Positions 1 through 9,646 of a DNA stretch of 64,000 bases are shown in pieces (position 1 is the first letter of the stretch; every line of letters starts with the position of its first letter). The stretch comes from an uncultured Chloroflexia bacterium (GTDB taxonomy: Bacteria; Chloroflexota; Limnocylindria; QHBO01). The notes under the pieces were generated by a model. The model did not search any database. It worked only from the letters and a program-made list of their open reading frames with translations, and was not told where the DNA came from. The stretch is from assembly GCA_963814375.1 (NCBI GenBank), contig CAWFCQ010000008.1, forward strand, positions 480,001-544,000, written 5' to 3'. The translations under genes were made by a program, and so were the position numbers.

Positions 1-128
1 AAGGGGGGTGCCAGCGATGGCGTTGGCCGCGGCCTTGCAGGCTCGACTGAACGAATCGCCTGAGACCGATGAATTCGAGGCGTGCCGCCTGTCTCAACGC
101 CAGGCATACCGCCCGAGGAGAACGAGCA

Positions 129-653
129 ATGACGATGACAGCCCCGAGTGAGACGAAGAACCTCGACGGCTACGGTTCGCCGCCGCTCGAGTGGAACCGC
201 GTGATCGAGGCTCTGGATGGCACGCGCGACTTGCCGGTGTCGGACTCGGCGAGCCACTACTGGATCGCCACGACCCGACCGGACGGACGGCCCCACATGA
301 TGGCGGTGGGCATCGTCTGGGACAACGGCAAGTTCTTTATGTCGACCGGGGCGGGGACGCAGAAGGCCAAGAACCTCGCCCGCGATCCCCGATGCATGGT
401 CAGCCTGGCGGCGCCGGGCGTCGACATCGTCGCCGAGGGCGAAGCAAAGATCGTCCGCGATGAAGGCGAGCTGCAGCGCGTCGCCACGCTCTACAGCGAC
501 TGGGGTCCGCAGGTCCGGGACGGTGCCTTCTGGCACGAATACAGCGCGCCGAGCGCTGGTCCGCCGCCGTGGGACGTATACGAGATCACGCCGACGACGA
601 TCTACGCCGTGGCAACGGCGGAGCCGCACGGCGCCACGCGCTGGAAGCTCTGA
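129..653 (+). CDS. Pyridoxamine 5'-phosphate oxidase-like (PPOX/split beta-barrel flavin- or F420-binding) protein
   Basis: Motifs YWIATTRPDGRPH and QKAKNLARDPRC. GAGGAG SD at 115-120 favours the ATG at 129 over 69. Confidence 0.8.
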   Translation: MTMTAPSETKNLDGYGSPPLEWNRVIEALDGTRDLPVSDSASHYWIATTRPDGRPHMMAVGIVWDNGKFFMSTGAGTQKAKNLARDPRCMVSLAAPGVDIVAEGEAKIVRDEGELQRVATLYSDWGPQVRDGAFWHEYSAPSAGPPPWDVYEITPTTIYAVATAEPHGATRWKL

Positions 654-701
654 TCGGGCGTCGCGTCGTACGCTGGGTGGAGCACGTAGAGGAGCAGCCA
701 C

Positions 702-902
702 GTGACCTGGGAAAGCGCCGAGGATGCGTCCAAGCCCGTCCTGAAGTGCCCGCTGTGCGGCGGGGCGGAGTTCGACCGCCAGCAGGGTCGGATGGACTCC
801 CGCTGGGGGATCACGAGCCACAAGCTCGTCCTCCAGATCTGTCGCCGATGCGGGCTCGTCCTCCAGTTCTCGGCCGGCCGCGGGATCTGGGACTTCGACT
901 GA
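702..902 (+). CDS. Small zinc-ribbon protein (66 aa)
   Basis: Two CxxC pairs (CPLCGG, CRRCG). GAGGAG SD precedes the GTG. Confidence 0.7.
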   Translation: MTWESAEDASKPVLKCPLCGGAEFDRQQGRMDSRWGITSHKLVLQICRRCGLVLQFSAGRGIWDFD

Positions 903-921
903 GGCAGATCGCCGAGGCCGG

Positions 922-1608
922 TCAGCGCCGCTTCATGGCGAGGTACCGGTCGCGCTCGGCCTTGTCGAGCTTCTCGATCGAGTAGCGGAGCATCACCCGT
1001 GGCATCGTCACGGCATGAGCCTCGAGGAACGAGGCGAGGCGATCGTGGTCGCGCTTCCCGGCTTCGCGCAGCATCCAGCCAACCGCCTTGTCCACGAGAT
1101 CGTCCGGATCCTTCGCGAGCGTTTCAGCGATCCGATAGGTGTCGTCGAGCTGATCGCGCCGGATGAATGCGTATGTGCTGAGGATCGCGGTTCGCCGTTC
1201 CATCGGCCTCTCTGACCGCGCCAGCACGTCGAGGATGTCCCGCGGCTGGTCAACCAGGAACTCGCCAACGACGTGGATCGCGCTGCGGTCGACGAGGTCC
1301 CAGGTGTTGATCCGGTCATGCCGGCGGATGTACAGGTCGAACAGCTCGCGGCGCCGCTCGACGGGCGTCCTCCGGTCACGCGCCTGCCAGTCCATGATGC
1401 TGACGGCACCGACCCGGACGGGATGATCGTCGCTCTCGAGCAGCTGCTCGATCTCGGCGGGCGGCATCGCCTGAAACTCCTTGGCCAGCTTGAAGATCTG
1501 GCCCATCCCGATGCCGCCAAATCGCTCGTCACTCGCGGCTTCCGCAGGGCGGAGGGCCCCGAGGCTGAGGACGAAGGCCTGTGCCGTGGGGCTCGAACCG
1601 ACCGACAT
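922..1608 (-). CDS. alkD: DNA alkylation repair enzyme, AlkD-like HEAT-repeat glycosylase
   Basis: INTWDLVD and DLVDKAVGWMLREAGKRD motifs. TATGCT -10 lies 6 nt upstream of the ATG. Confidence 0.85.
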   Translation of the reverse strand: MSVGSSPTAQAFVLSLGALRPAEAASDERFGGIGMGQIFKLAKEFQAMPPAEIEQLLESDDHPVRVGAVSIMDWQARDRRTPVERRRELFDLYIRRHDRINTWDLVDRSAIHVVGEFLVDQPRDILDVLARSERPMERRTAILSTYAFIRRDQLDDTYRIAETLAKDPDDLVDKAVGWMLREAGKRDHDRLASFLEAHAVTMPRVMLRYSIEKLDKAERDRYLAMKRR

Positions 1609-1684
1609 GCGCCCAGCATACGGCCGGAGGTGCGGAAGGTCGGTCCGCCCGGATGCCGGGCAGCCGCATCGCTACGATGGCCGG

Positions 1685-4600
1685 GTGACCCTGCGAGCCC
1701 CTGACCCGAGCCGAGGAGGCGACTTCGTCCATCTCCACGTCCACTCGGAGTTCAGCCTGCTCGACGGGCTGAGCCGCATCGGCGAGATGACGAAGCGGGT
1801 CGCCGACCAGGGGATGCCGGCGCTGGCGCTCACCGATCACGGGAGCATGTACGGGGTCATCCCGTTCTACGCCGCGGCGAAGAAGGCGGGCATCAAGCCG
1901 ATCATCGGGATCGAGGCGTACGTCGCCCCGCGTGGCATGGCGGACAAGGAAGGCAAGATCGACGCCGACTACCACCACATGCTCCTGCTGGCCAAGGACG
2001 ACGTCGGCTACCGGAACCTCCTGGCCCTGACGACCGCCGCGCACCTCGACGGTTACTACTACAAGCCGCGGATCGACAAGGAGCTTCTGGCGAAGCACGC
2101 CCAGGGCCTCATCGGCACATCGGCCTGCCTGGGTGGGGAGGTCCTGAAGCGCCTGGGGGCGGGGGACGAGGCGGGCGCCGCGCAGGCCGCCGATGAATAC
2201 CGATCCATCCTGGGCGACGGCAACTTCTTCATCGAGATCCAGGAGCACGGGATCGACGACCAGCAGCGCCTCCACCCGCAGCTCGTCGACCTGGCGCGGC
2301 GGAACAACCTGCCGCTGGTGGCGACCAACGACACGCACTACACCCACCCGGAGCAGTACGAGGCCCACGACCTGCTCGTCTGCATCCAGACCGCGTCCAA
2401 CCTCGACACGCCGGGGCGGATGCGCTTCGAGAACAACGAGTTCTACCTGAAGCCGGCGGCCGAGATGCGTCGCCTCTTCAACGGTGAGCTGCCCGAGGCG
2501 ATGGACAACACATTGCTCATCGCCGAGCAGTGCGACGTCAGCCTCGACTTCGAGGGTCTGCGGCTGCCGCACTTCGAGGTGCCCGCCGGCGAGACCGAGG
2601 CCTCCTGGCTGCGCAAGGAGTGCGAGCGCGGATTACCGGAGCGTTACCCGACGCTTACCGATGAGATCCGGAACCGGCTCGACTACGAGCTCGGGATCAT
2701 CGACCGCATGGGGTACAGCGCGTACTTCCTGATCGTGGCCGACTTCACGCGCTTCGCCCGGGAGCAGGGGATCATGATCACCTGCCGCGGATCGGCGCCC
2801 GGAAGCATCGTCACCTACTCGCTCGGCATCACGCCGGTCGACCCCCTCGAGTACGGCCTCCCCTTCGAGCGCTTCCTCAACCCTGACCGCGTGACGATGC
2901 CGGACATCGACATCGACTTCCAGGACTCGCGCCGGGACGAGGTCATCGAGTACGTCACGCGCAAGTACGGCGACGACCGGGTGGCACAGATCATCACCTT
3001 CGGGACGCTCGGCGCCAAGGCGGCCATCCGCGACGTCGGACGCGCCATGGGCCTCACCTACGGTGAGGCCGACCGGGTCGCGAAGGCCGTCCCGCTCGAG
3101 CTGAACATCTCGCTCGATCGCGCGGTCGAGACGAGCCCGCAGCTCCGCGAGCTGATGGCCGGGGACGATCGGGTGGACAAGCTCATCACCATCGCGAAGC
3201 AGCTGGAGGGGGTCAGCCGACACGCCTCCACGCACGCGGCCGGCATCGTGATCTCACGCGAGCCATTGACCGAGATCATGCCGCTCCAGCGCGCCACCGA
3301 CGGCAAGACCACGATGACCCAGTTCGAGATGCACGCCTGCGAGGCGCTCGGCCTCCTGAAGTTCGACTTCCTGGGCCTCATCAACCTCACGATCCTGGCC
3401 GAGGCCGTCGAGCTGGTGCGGACGCATCGGTCTGTGGAGCTCGACGTCGACAAGCTGCCGCTCGACGACGCGAAGACGTTCGAGCTGCTGGGGCACGGCG
3501 ACACGATGGGCGTCTTCCAGCTGGAAGGCTCCGGGATGCGCCGATACGTGAAGGAGCTCAAGCCGACCGAGGTGCGCGACCTCGCCGCGATGGTCGCCCT
3601 CTTCCGCCCGGGACCGATGGCGAACATCCCCGCCTACATTCGCCGCAAGCATGGCGAGGAGCCGGTGACCTACCTGCACGACTCGCTCGAGCCGGCGCTG
3701 CGGGACACGTACGGGATCTTCGTCTACCAGGAGGACATCATGACCGCCGCCATCGCGATGGCGGACTACACCGGTCCGGAGGCGGACAACCTCTGCTACG
3801 CGATCCGCAAGAAGAAGGAGGACGTCCTCCGCCAGCACGAGGCGAAGTTCAAGGCCGGCGCCAAGAAGAAGGGGATCCCGCCGCACATCGTCGACAAGGT
3901 CTTCGCCGAGTTCGAGCCATTCGCCCGCTACGGCTTCAACAAGGCGCACGCGACCTGCTACGGGCTCATCGCCTACCAGACTGCCTATCTCAAGGCGAAC
4001 TACCCGATCGAGTTCATGACCGCGGTCCTCAACGGCTTCTCCGGGCGAGCGGAGAAGGTCGCGGCCGTCATCGCCGAGTGCCGCCGGCTGGGGATCGAGG
4101 TCCGACCGCCCGACGTGCAGAAGTCGCACGCCCTCTTCACCGTGGAGCTCGACGCGGATGGGGCTCCCGAGGCCATTCGCTTCGGGCTGGCCGCGATCAA
4201 GAACGTCGGCGAGGGCGCGATCGACGCGATCGTCGCGGTCCGCGATGTCGGGGAGGAGGCCGGGCCGTTCGTCTCACTCGACGACTTCTGCCGGCGCGTC
4301 AACCTCCACACCATCAACCGCCGCATGCTCGAGTCGATGATCAAGGCCAACGCGATGGCCTCGCTCGGCACCGCCGGCGCCATGCTCGAGGCTCTCGATG
4401 GCGCGATGGAGAACGGCGCTCGCCACCAGCGCGACGTGGCAGCCGGCCAGTCGACGCTGTTCGACCTCTTTGCCCTCCCGGCCGATACCTCCGTCGCCTT
4501 CCTCGATGGAGGAGAGGAGATCCCGCGCCGCGAACGGCTGCGCTGGGAGAAGGAGCTCATCGGCCTCTACCTCTCGGAGCATCCGCTCTCGGACATCGAG

Positions 4601-5473
4601 GCCGAGCTTCCCGAATACGTGACCGCCTACACGGGCGAGCTGGCCGAGGAGGCGGACCAGGCCAAGGTCACGGTCGGCGGGATCATCCAGACCTCGCGCC
4701 GCGTCATCACCCGGGCCGGCTCGACGATGCTCGTCGCCACGCTCGAGGACCTCACCGGCTCGGTCGAGGTCGTGGTCTTCCCGAAGGTGTTCGAGCAGAC
4801 CGCGCCGTCATGGACCGATGACTCCATCGTCCTCGTCACCGGACGAATCGACCGTCGCGACGAGTCGCCCCAGATCCTGTGCGAGGCCGTGCACCAGTGG
4901 GACGACGCGGTGCGGATGGGCCCCGTCTCGTTCGGCCACGAACGCGATCGTCTGCTTGCTTCCCGCGGCGGACGCCGATGGGACGGCAACGGCGGCAACG
5001 CGGGAGGCGGCGGCGACCGGGTCCAGGGCGTCTGGAATCCGCCCGCACAGCGCGAGCCGATCCCCGTCGAGGCCCCGACGCCCGCTGCCATGGCCGTCGT
5101 CGAGTCGGAGGTCGCCGAGGTCATCGAGCTCGCCGGCGCGCCGGAGCCGGCCGATGAGCCGCCGGTCCCCTCGGACGCGGTCCCGCTCCAGTCGGCGCCG
5201 CTCGGCTCGACCGCCACGGTGGCGGTGCTCATCGGTGCCGAGGTGCCAACCGAGTCGCTGCTCGGTGCGATCGAATCGGTCAAGGCTGCGCTGACCGGGC
5301 GGCCCGGGCCGTTGCCGGTCGTGCTGTCGATCCCGGTTGCCGGGGCGACGCGGCAGGTGCGGCTGCCGGACCACGTCGCCTGGGACGAGCGGCTCGGCGA
5401 GGCGGTGGCGCGGGCGGCCGGCGTGCCGGTGACCGTTGAGCTGCGTTCGGGCGTTGAGGAGCGGATCGCCTAG
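1685..5473 (+). CDS. dnaE: DNA polymerase III alpha subunit
   Basis: PHP domain HLHVHSEFSLLDG, RGSAPGS, catalytic MPDIDIDF, YGFNKAH and an OB domain. Start placed at GTG 1685 (TACGAT 6 nt upstream). Confidence 0.97.
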   Translation: MTLRAPDPSRGGDFVHLHVHSEFSLLDGLSRIGEMTKRVADQGMPALALTDHGSMYGVIPFYAAAKKAGIKPIIGIEAYVAPRGMADKEGKIDADYHHMLLLAKDDVGYRNLLALTTAAHLDGYYYKPRIDKELLAKHAQGLIGTSACLGGEVLKRLGAGDEAGAAQAADEYRSILGDGNFFIEIQEHGIDDQQRLHPQLVDLARRNNLPLVATNDTHYTHPEQYEAHDLLVCIQTASNLDTPGRMRFENNEFYLKPAAEMRRLFNGELPEAMDNTLLIAEQCDVSLDFEGLRLPHFEVPAGETEASWLRKECERGLPERYPTLTDEIRNRLDYELGIIDRMGYSAYFLIVADFTRFAREQGIMITCRGSAPGSIVTYSLGITPVDPLEYGLPFERFLNPDRVTMPDIDIDFQDSRRDEVIEYVTRKYGDDRVAQIITFGTLGAKAAIRDVGRAMGLTYGEADRVAKAVPLELNISLDRAVETSPQLRELMAGDDRVDKLITIAKQLEGVSRHASTHAAGIVISREPLTEIMPLQRATDGKTTMTQFEMHACEALGLLKFDFLGLINLTILAEAVELVRTHRSVELDVDKLPLDDAKTFELLGHGDTMGVFQLEGSGMRRYVKELKPTEVRDLAAMVALFRPGPMANIPAYIRRKHGEEPVTYLHDSLEPALRDTYGIFVYQEDIMTAAIAMADYTGPEADNLCYAIRKKKEDVLRQHEAKFKAGAKKKGIPPHIVDKVFAEFEPFARYGFNKAHATCYGLIAYQTAYLKANYPIEFMTAVLNGFSGRAEKVAAVIAECRRLGIEVRPPDVQKSHALFTVELDADGAPEAIRFGLAAIKNVGEGAIDAIVAVRDVGEEAGPFVSLDDFCRRVNLHTINRRMLESMIKANAMASLGTAGAMLEALDGAMENGARHQRDVAAGQSTLFDLFALPADTSVAFLDGGEEIPRRERLRWEKELIGLYLSEHPLSDIEAELPEYVTAYTGELAEEADQAKVTVGGIIQTSRRVITRAGSTMLVATLEDLTGSVEVVVFPKVFEQTAPSWTDDSIVLVTGRIDRRDESPQILCEAVHQWDDAVRMGPVSFGHERDRLLASRGGRRWDGNGGNAGGGGDRVQGVWNPPAQREPIPVEAPTPAAMAVVESEVAEVIELAGAPEPADEPPVPSDAVPLQSAPLGSTATVAVLIGAEVPTESLLGAIESVKAALTGRPGPLPVVLSIPVAGATRQVRLPDHVAWDERLGEAVARAAGVPVTVELRSGVEERIA

Positions 5474-5477
5474 GCGG

Positions 5478-6329
5478 TCAGTTCTCGAAGGCGACCGTTG
5501 CGAGCATCTGGTTGATGAGGGCCAGCATCTCGTCGGCCTCGGGGTCCTGTCCGGCGATCTCGGCACTGACCTCGATCCATCGGTCCGGGAAGCCGGGCGG
5601 GCTGAGCTGCCACCAGGCGATGGTGGTGTCGTCGTCGACTCGCCGCTGGTTCGCGGCGGCGGGTTGGCCGCTGATCACGAGGTCGCCGTCCGGGTCGGTG
5701 ACCGGCGGGGTGCCGTCGGTTCGCTCCGTCACGATGATGGACGCCTGCCCGGCCGGGATCTCCTCACCGGTGAGTGCGCAGGTCTGATCGAACGCGGTGC
5801 ACAGCTCGTCGGGCTCGACGCCGAAAGTCGTGAGATGGGCGACGACGCGACCATCGGTAGCCGGTTCGCCATCGCCGGCGGCCACCGTCCAGTCGGGCGG
5901 CACGGCGAAGCTCAGCGCCGCGTCCTGGAAGCGGACGCGATCGTCGAAGGGGGGAGTGACGAGCGAGATGGCCAGCATGATCAGGCCGACGATGAGCGCC
6001 ACCCCCGCGACCACACCGGCCGCGACCCAGCCCGAGTCCATGCGCGACGGTGGGGCGGCAGGTTGCGCCGCGGGTCGAAAGGTCGGCTCGGCCGGCGCAG
6101 TGGCCCATTGAGCCGGCACCACCCCGGCGTGCGTGCGATCCCATTGGGCGCGTCGCACCGGATCGGAGAGGATCCGCCACGCCTCGTTGACACGGGTCAT
6201 CGCCGCGCTGGCGGCTGAGCCCGCGTCGGGGTGGAATCGCTTTGCGAGCACACGGTATGCCCGCGCGATTTCTTCGCGGGATGCCGTGCGCGGGACGCCG
6301 ATGATGGCGTACGGGTCGAGGTCGGGCAC
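5478..6329 (-). CDS. Membrane-anchored J-domain (DnaJ class C) protein with extracytoplasmic domain
   Basis: N-terminal DPYAIIG...KRFHPD J-domain, one TM helix and a beta-rich C-terminal domain. Confidence 0.85.
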   Translation of the reverse strand: MPDLDPYAIIGVPRTASREEIARAYRVLAKRFHPDAGSAASAAMTRVNEAWRILSDPVRRAQWDRTHAGVVPAQWATAPAEPTFRPAAQPAAPPSRMDSGWVAAGVVAGVALIVGLIMLAISLVTPPFDDRVRFQDAALSFAVPPDWTVAAGDGEPATDGRVVAHLTTFGVEPDELCTAFDQTCALTGEEIPAGQASIIVTERTDGTPPVTDPDGDLVISGQPAAANQRRVDDDTTIAWWQLSPPGFPDRWIEVSAEIAGQDPEADEMLALINQMLATVAFEN

Positions 6330-6349
6330 GTCGCGCGCAGTCTACCCCG

Positions 6350-6847
6350 ATGCTTCGAAGTATCCTGTCCGGCGTGATCACGAAGCGTGCCGGCAAGCCC
6401 GCCGCAGCGGGCGATCCGGGCTCGACCGTCACCCCGCAGGCTTCGGCGGCGGCTGCCTCGACCGCGGTTCCAGCGGCGACCGAGGCGCCCGTCGACGCGC
6501 ACCAGCTCGACGCCGCAATCCTTCGCTTCCTGCGCCGATTCCCGAACCAGACGGTCGACCTCTCACCGCTGGCCGACGAGGTGGCGATCGATCCGTATCG
6601 GCTCCAGCTTGCCGTCGAGGACCTCGGGCGACGCGGCATGGTCGTCGTTCCCTTCATCGAGCCGGGTTCCGCAGGAGGCGCGACGCTGACGGCCGCAGGG
6701 CTCCGCTGGCTGATCGAGCGCGAGGGCGGCACGCCGTCGGACAAGCCGGCCGCGCTCAAGGTCGCGAAGGAGCGCGTTCGCGCCGAGGACGAGGCGGCCC
6801 GCCTGCCACGCGCCCAGGTCTACGGAGTCAGCCGCCGCAACGAGTAG
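6350..6847 (+). CDS. Hypothetical protein with probable winged-helix domain
   Basis: AILRFLRR...LSPLADEVAIDPYRLQLAVEDLGRRGMV...TLTAAGLRWL resembles a wHTH. Codon usage is typical for the window. Confidence 0.6.
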   Translation: MLRSILSGVITKRAGKPAAAGDPGSTVTPQASAAAASTAVPAATEAPVDAHQLDAAILRFLRRFPNQTVDLSPLADEVAIDPYRLQLAVEDLGRRGMVVVPFIEPGSAGGATLTAAGLRWLIEREGGTPSDKPAALKVAKERVRAEDEAARLPRAQVYGVSRRNE

Positions 6848-7645
6848 TCAGCGGTCAAGGAATCGGCGCAGGAAGTGCGTCGTCGCCTCGAAATGTGGAT
6901 TGTTGAGCACCTGCTCGGGTGGACCCTCTTCCACGATGACCCCGTTCTCCATGAAGACGACTCGGTCCGCGGCTTCCTGCGCGAAATGCATCTCGTGGGT
7001 GACGACGATCATGGTGGTACCCGCATGGGCGAGGTCCTCCATGACCTGGAGCACTTCCCCGATGAGCTCGGGATCGAGCGCCGAGGTCGGTTCGTCGAAG
7101 AGGAGCACCTTCGGCTCCATGCATAGAGCCCGGGCGATCGCGACTCGTTGCTTCTGTCCGCCTGACAGCCGGGCGGGGTACTCGTCGCGCTTCTCGATGA
7201 GGCCGACCACCTCGAGGTAGTACTCGGCGCGGGTGACAGCCTCTCCCTTCTTCATGCCGAGCACGCGGGTGGGCGCCTCGATGCAGTTGTCGATCACGGA
7301 CATGTGCGGAAAGAGGTTGAATTCCTGGAAGAGCATCCCGGCGCGCATGCGGATCTGCCGGATCTCCTCGAGGTGCTGCCGACTGCGTGCCTTGAGGGGG
7401 TCGGCTTTGAGTCGGAGCCCGTCGACCTCTACCCAGCCGACGGTCGGCTCCTCCAGAAAGTTGATGCAGCGCAGCAACGTCGTCTTGCCCGACCCGGATC
7501 GGCCGATGACCATCACGGCCTCGCGCTGCCGGATCTCCAGGTCGATCCCGCGCAGCACATGATTCTCGCCGAAGTACTTCTCGAGCCCCTCGGTCCGGAC
7601 GATGACGTCGCCCAGGCTCAGCTTGGAGGTGCCGGTCGCGGTCAT
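6848..7645 (-). CDS. Polar amino acid ABC transporter ATP-binding protein (GlnQ family)
   Basis: GRSGSGKT, LSGGQKQRVAIARAL, FDEPTSALDPEL, VTHEM. Confidence 0.95.
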   Translation of the reverse strand: MTATGTSKLSLGDVIVRTEGLEKYFGENHVLRGIDLEIRQREAVMVIGRSGSGKTTLLRCINFLEEPTVGWVEVDGLRLKADPLKARSRQHLEEIRQIRMRAGMLFQEFNLFPHMSVIDNCIEAPTRVLGMKKGEAVTRAEYYLEVVGLIEKRDEYPARLSGGQKQRVAIARALCMEPKVLLFDEPTSALDPELIGEVLQVMEDLAHAGTTMIVVTHEMHFAQEAADRVVFMENGVIVEEGPPEQVLNNPHFEATTHFLRRFLDR

Positions 7646-8487
7646 CGGTCACTCCGCCGCAGACGGCGCTCGAGCCGATCCTGGAAGAGGCTGAAGATGA
7701 TGGTCAGCCCCCAGTACGCCAGGGCCGCGATGAGGATTGCGGGAATCGTCTGGAACTCGGCGCGTCCGATGTTCTGAGCTCGCCACAGGAGCTCCTGGAC
7801 CGTGATGATCGAGACGAGAGAGCTGTCCTTGATCATCGCGATGAACTCGTTGCCGATGGCGGGGATCACGATACGAATCGCCTGCGGCAGGACGATGCGT
7901 CGAAACACGTGTGCTTCGCGCATCCCGAGTGCCTCCGCCGCCTCGCGCTGACCTTGGGGGACTGCCTGGATGCCCGCCCGGAAGATCTCGGTCATGTAGG
8001 CGCCGTAGTTGAACCCGAGAGCCATGACACCGGTCGGGATGGGGTCGAGCACGATCCCCGCCTGCGGGAGCGCGTAGTACGCAAAGAAGATCTGGACCAG
8101 CAGCGGAGTTCCGCGCACGATCGAGACGTAGAGGGTCGCGACCGCGTAGATCACGGGGTTCGTGCTGAGCCGCCCCAGGGCCCCGACGATGGCCAGGACG
8201 GTGGCGAGGATGATCGACAGGACCGAAACCAGGATCGTGATCCAGATGCCGCCGAGGATGTACGGCCCGCTGTTGACGATGAATTCCCACTCGACGCGAC
8301 CGGCGTTCCATAGGAACCAGCCCAGGCCGCCGACCAGGACGACCCAGACGGCCGCGAAGATCATGCGCCGGCGCAATCGGTCGGCCCGGTGCGCCGAGTT
8401 GATCTCCTCGACGATCGGTGCGGGCGGCACCGGCGGATCGGTCAGCACCGCGCTATGAGCGTGGGCGCCGCCGCCTGCCTCGGTCAT
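7642..8487 (-). CDS. Polar amino acid ABC transporter permease (HisM/GlnP family)
   Basis: RGTPLLVQ, AYMTEIFRAGI, GQREAAEALG EAA motif, KDSSL. Confidence 0.95.
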   Translation of the reverse strand: MTEAGGGAHAHSAVLTDPPVPPAPIVEEINSAHRADRLRRRMIFAAVWVVLVGGLGWFLWNAGRVEWEFIVNSGPYILGGIWITILVSVLSIILATVLAIVGALGRLSTNPVIYAVATLYVSIVRGTPLLVQIFFAYYALPQAGIVLDPIPTGVMALGFNYGAYMTEIFRAGIQAVPQGQREAAEALGMREAHVFRRIVLPQAIRIVIPAIGNEFIAMIKDSSLVSIITVQELLWRAQNIGRAEFQTIPAILIAALAYWGLTIIFSLFQDRLERRLRRSDR

Positions 8488-8517
8488 CGAGAAGCGTCCT
8501 CAGCTATCGAAAATAGC

Positions 8518-8550
8518 TCGACGGGGAGGCCGTTGGGCCATCCCCGTCGA
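8518..8550 (-). terminator. Intercistronic stem-loop between the substrate-binding protein and permease genes
   Basis: Perfect 10-bp arms TCGACGGGGA (8518-8527) and TCCCCGTCGA (8541-8550), followed on the minus strand by GCTATTTT. Confidence 0.65.
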
Positions 8551-8569
8551 TCGGTATCGGGCGGAAAGT

Positions 8570-9520
8570 CTACTCCTGCGTGGTCAGGTCCAGCCCTCCG
8601 AACCAGTCCTCGGAGAAGCCCGCGAGCGTCCCATCCTCGTGCATGTCCGCGACGACCTGGTCGACCGCCTCCACGAGCGAGTCGTTGTCCTCGACGGCGG
8701 CGTCGAAGCAGACCGCGAGCGGCTCGAAGAAGACCGGATCACCGACCGGGACGACCGGGTAGCCCTCGTCGATCGCGCCCTGGACCGTCGTGCTCGAGCT
8801 GAGCCAACCCTGGAACTCCGACCGACCGGCCTGCCACGCCTCGGCGCAGTTGATGTCGGTCGGGAGCGTGGTGGCGGTGATGTCCGCCGGAGGCTCCGTG
8901 ACCTCACCCGCCTCCTCCGTCAGCGTGAGCGTTCCCTCCATCCAGTCGAAGTAGGTCGTTCCCTCCGCGGCGCAGACCGTCGTCCCCGAGAAGTCCTCGA
9001 GCGACTCGATCCCGGTGCCCTCGGTCGTCGCCATCTGGGCGGGGGTGAAGTAGTACGGCTGCGTGAAGTCGAGGACCTCCTGCCGTGTCTCGGTGATCGT
9101 GACCGAGCCGACGCTCATGTCCCAGCGGTCCGACCAGTTGCCGCCCTGCACGGCGTCGAACGGCGGATCGGTGAACTCGACCGTGACGCCGAGGCGCTCG
9201 CCGATCTCGTTCGCGACATCGATGTCGAAGCCCTCGTACTCGCCCGTCTCCGCGTTGAGGGACGACTGCGGCGGGTAGGCCGGATCCGTCGAGACCACGA
9301 TCGTGCCGGCTTCGCAGATGCGGCCGAGGTGATCGTCACCCTCGTGGGAGTCACAGATCGGGCCGCCCGCGGCCGCACTCCCGCTGGCCGCGGCGGACTC
9401 GCTGGCCTCGGCCGGCTCGCTTGCCTCGGCGGAGGGGCTGCCGCCGCCGTCATCGCCCTGACAGGCGGTCAGCACGAGCATCGCGATCGGCAGGACCGCG
9501 AATCGTCGGAACTTGTTCAA
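8570..9520 (-). CDS. Polar amino acid ABC transporter substrate-binding lipoprotein (family 3)
   Basis: GGAGGAG SD plus TTG start, lipobox LVLTAC, Ser/Ala linker, YPPQ...EGFDIDVA and FTQPYY motifs. Confidence 0.9.
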   Translation of the reverse strand: MNKFRRFAVLPIAMLVLTACQGDDGGGSPSAEASEPAEASESAAASGSAAAGGPICDSHEGDDHLGRICEAGTIVVSTDPAYPPQSSLNAETGEYEGFDIDVANEIGERLGVTVEFTDPPFDAVQGGNWSDRWDMSVGSVTITETRQEVLDFTQPYYFTPAQMATTEGTGIESLEDFSGTTVCAAEGTTYFDWMEGTLTLTEEAGEVTEPPADITATTLPTDINCAEAWQAGRSEFQGWLSSSTTVQGAIDEGYPVVPVGDPVFFEPLAVCFDAAVEDNDSLVEAVDQVVADMHEDGTLAGFSEDWFGGLDLTTQE

Positions 9521-9646
9521 CGAAGTCTCCTCCAATGCGTGGGCACGCCGACGCTGCGGCGTCACATGTGTTCTCGGTCGGCACGTTGTAGCACAATTCG
9601 CCTCGCTCGGCGGAAGGGAAATCGGCCGCATCGGTACACTCCGCGC

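Noticed and set aside
68-106. Possible ECF-type promoter GATGAATT...TGTCTC before the PPOX gene
   Set aside because: The resemblance is loose and any cognate sigma would lie outside the window, so it cannot be supported.
9561-9574. LexA-like box GTCACATGTGTTCT between the SBP and Rieske genes
   Set aside because: The left half-site deviates from GAAC at two positions and the flanking genes are not repair genes.
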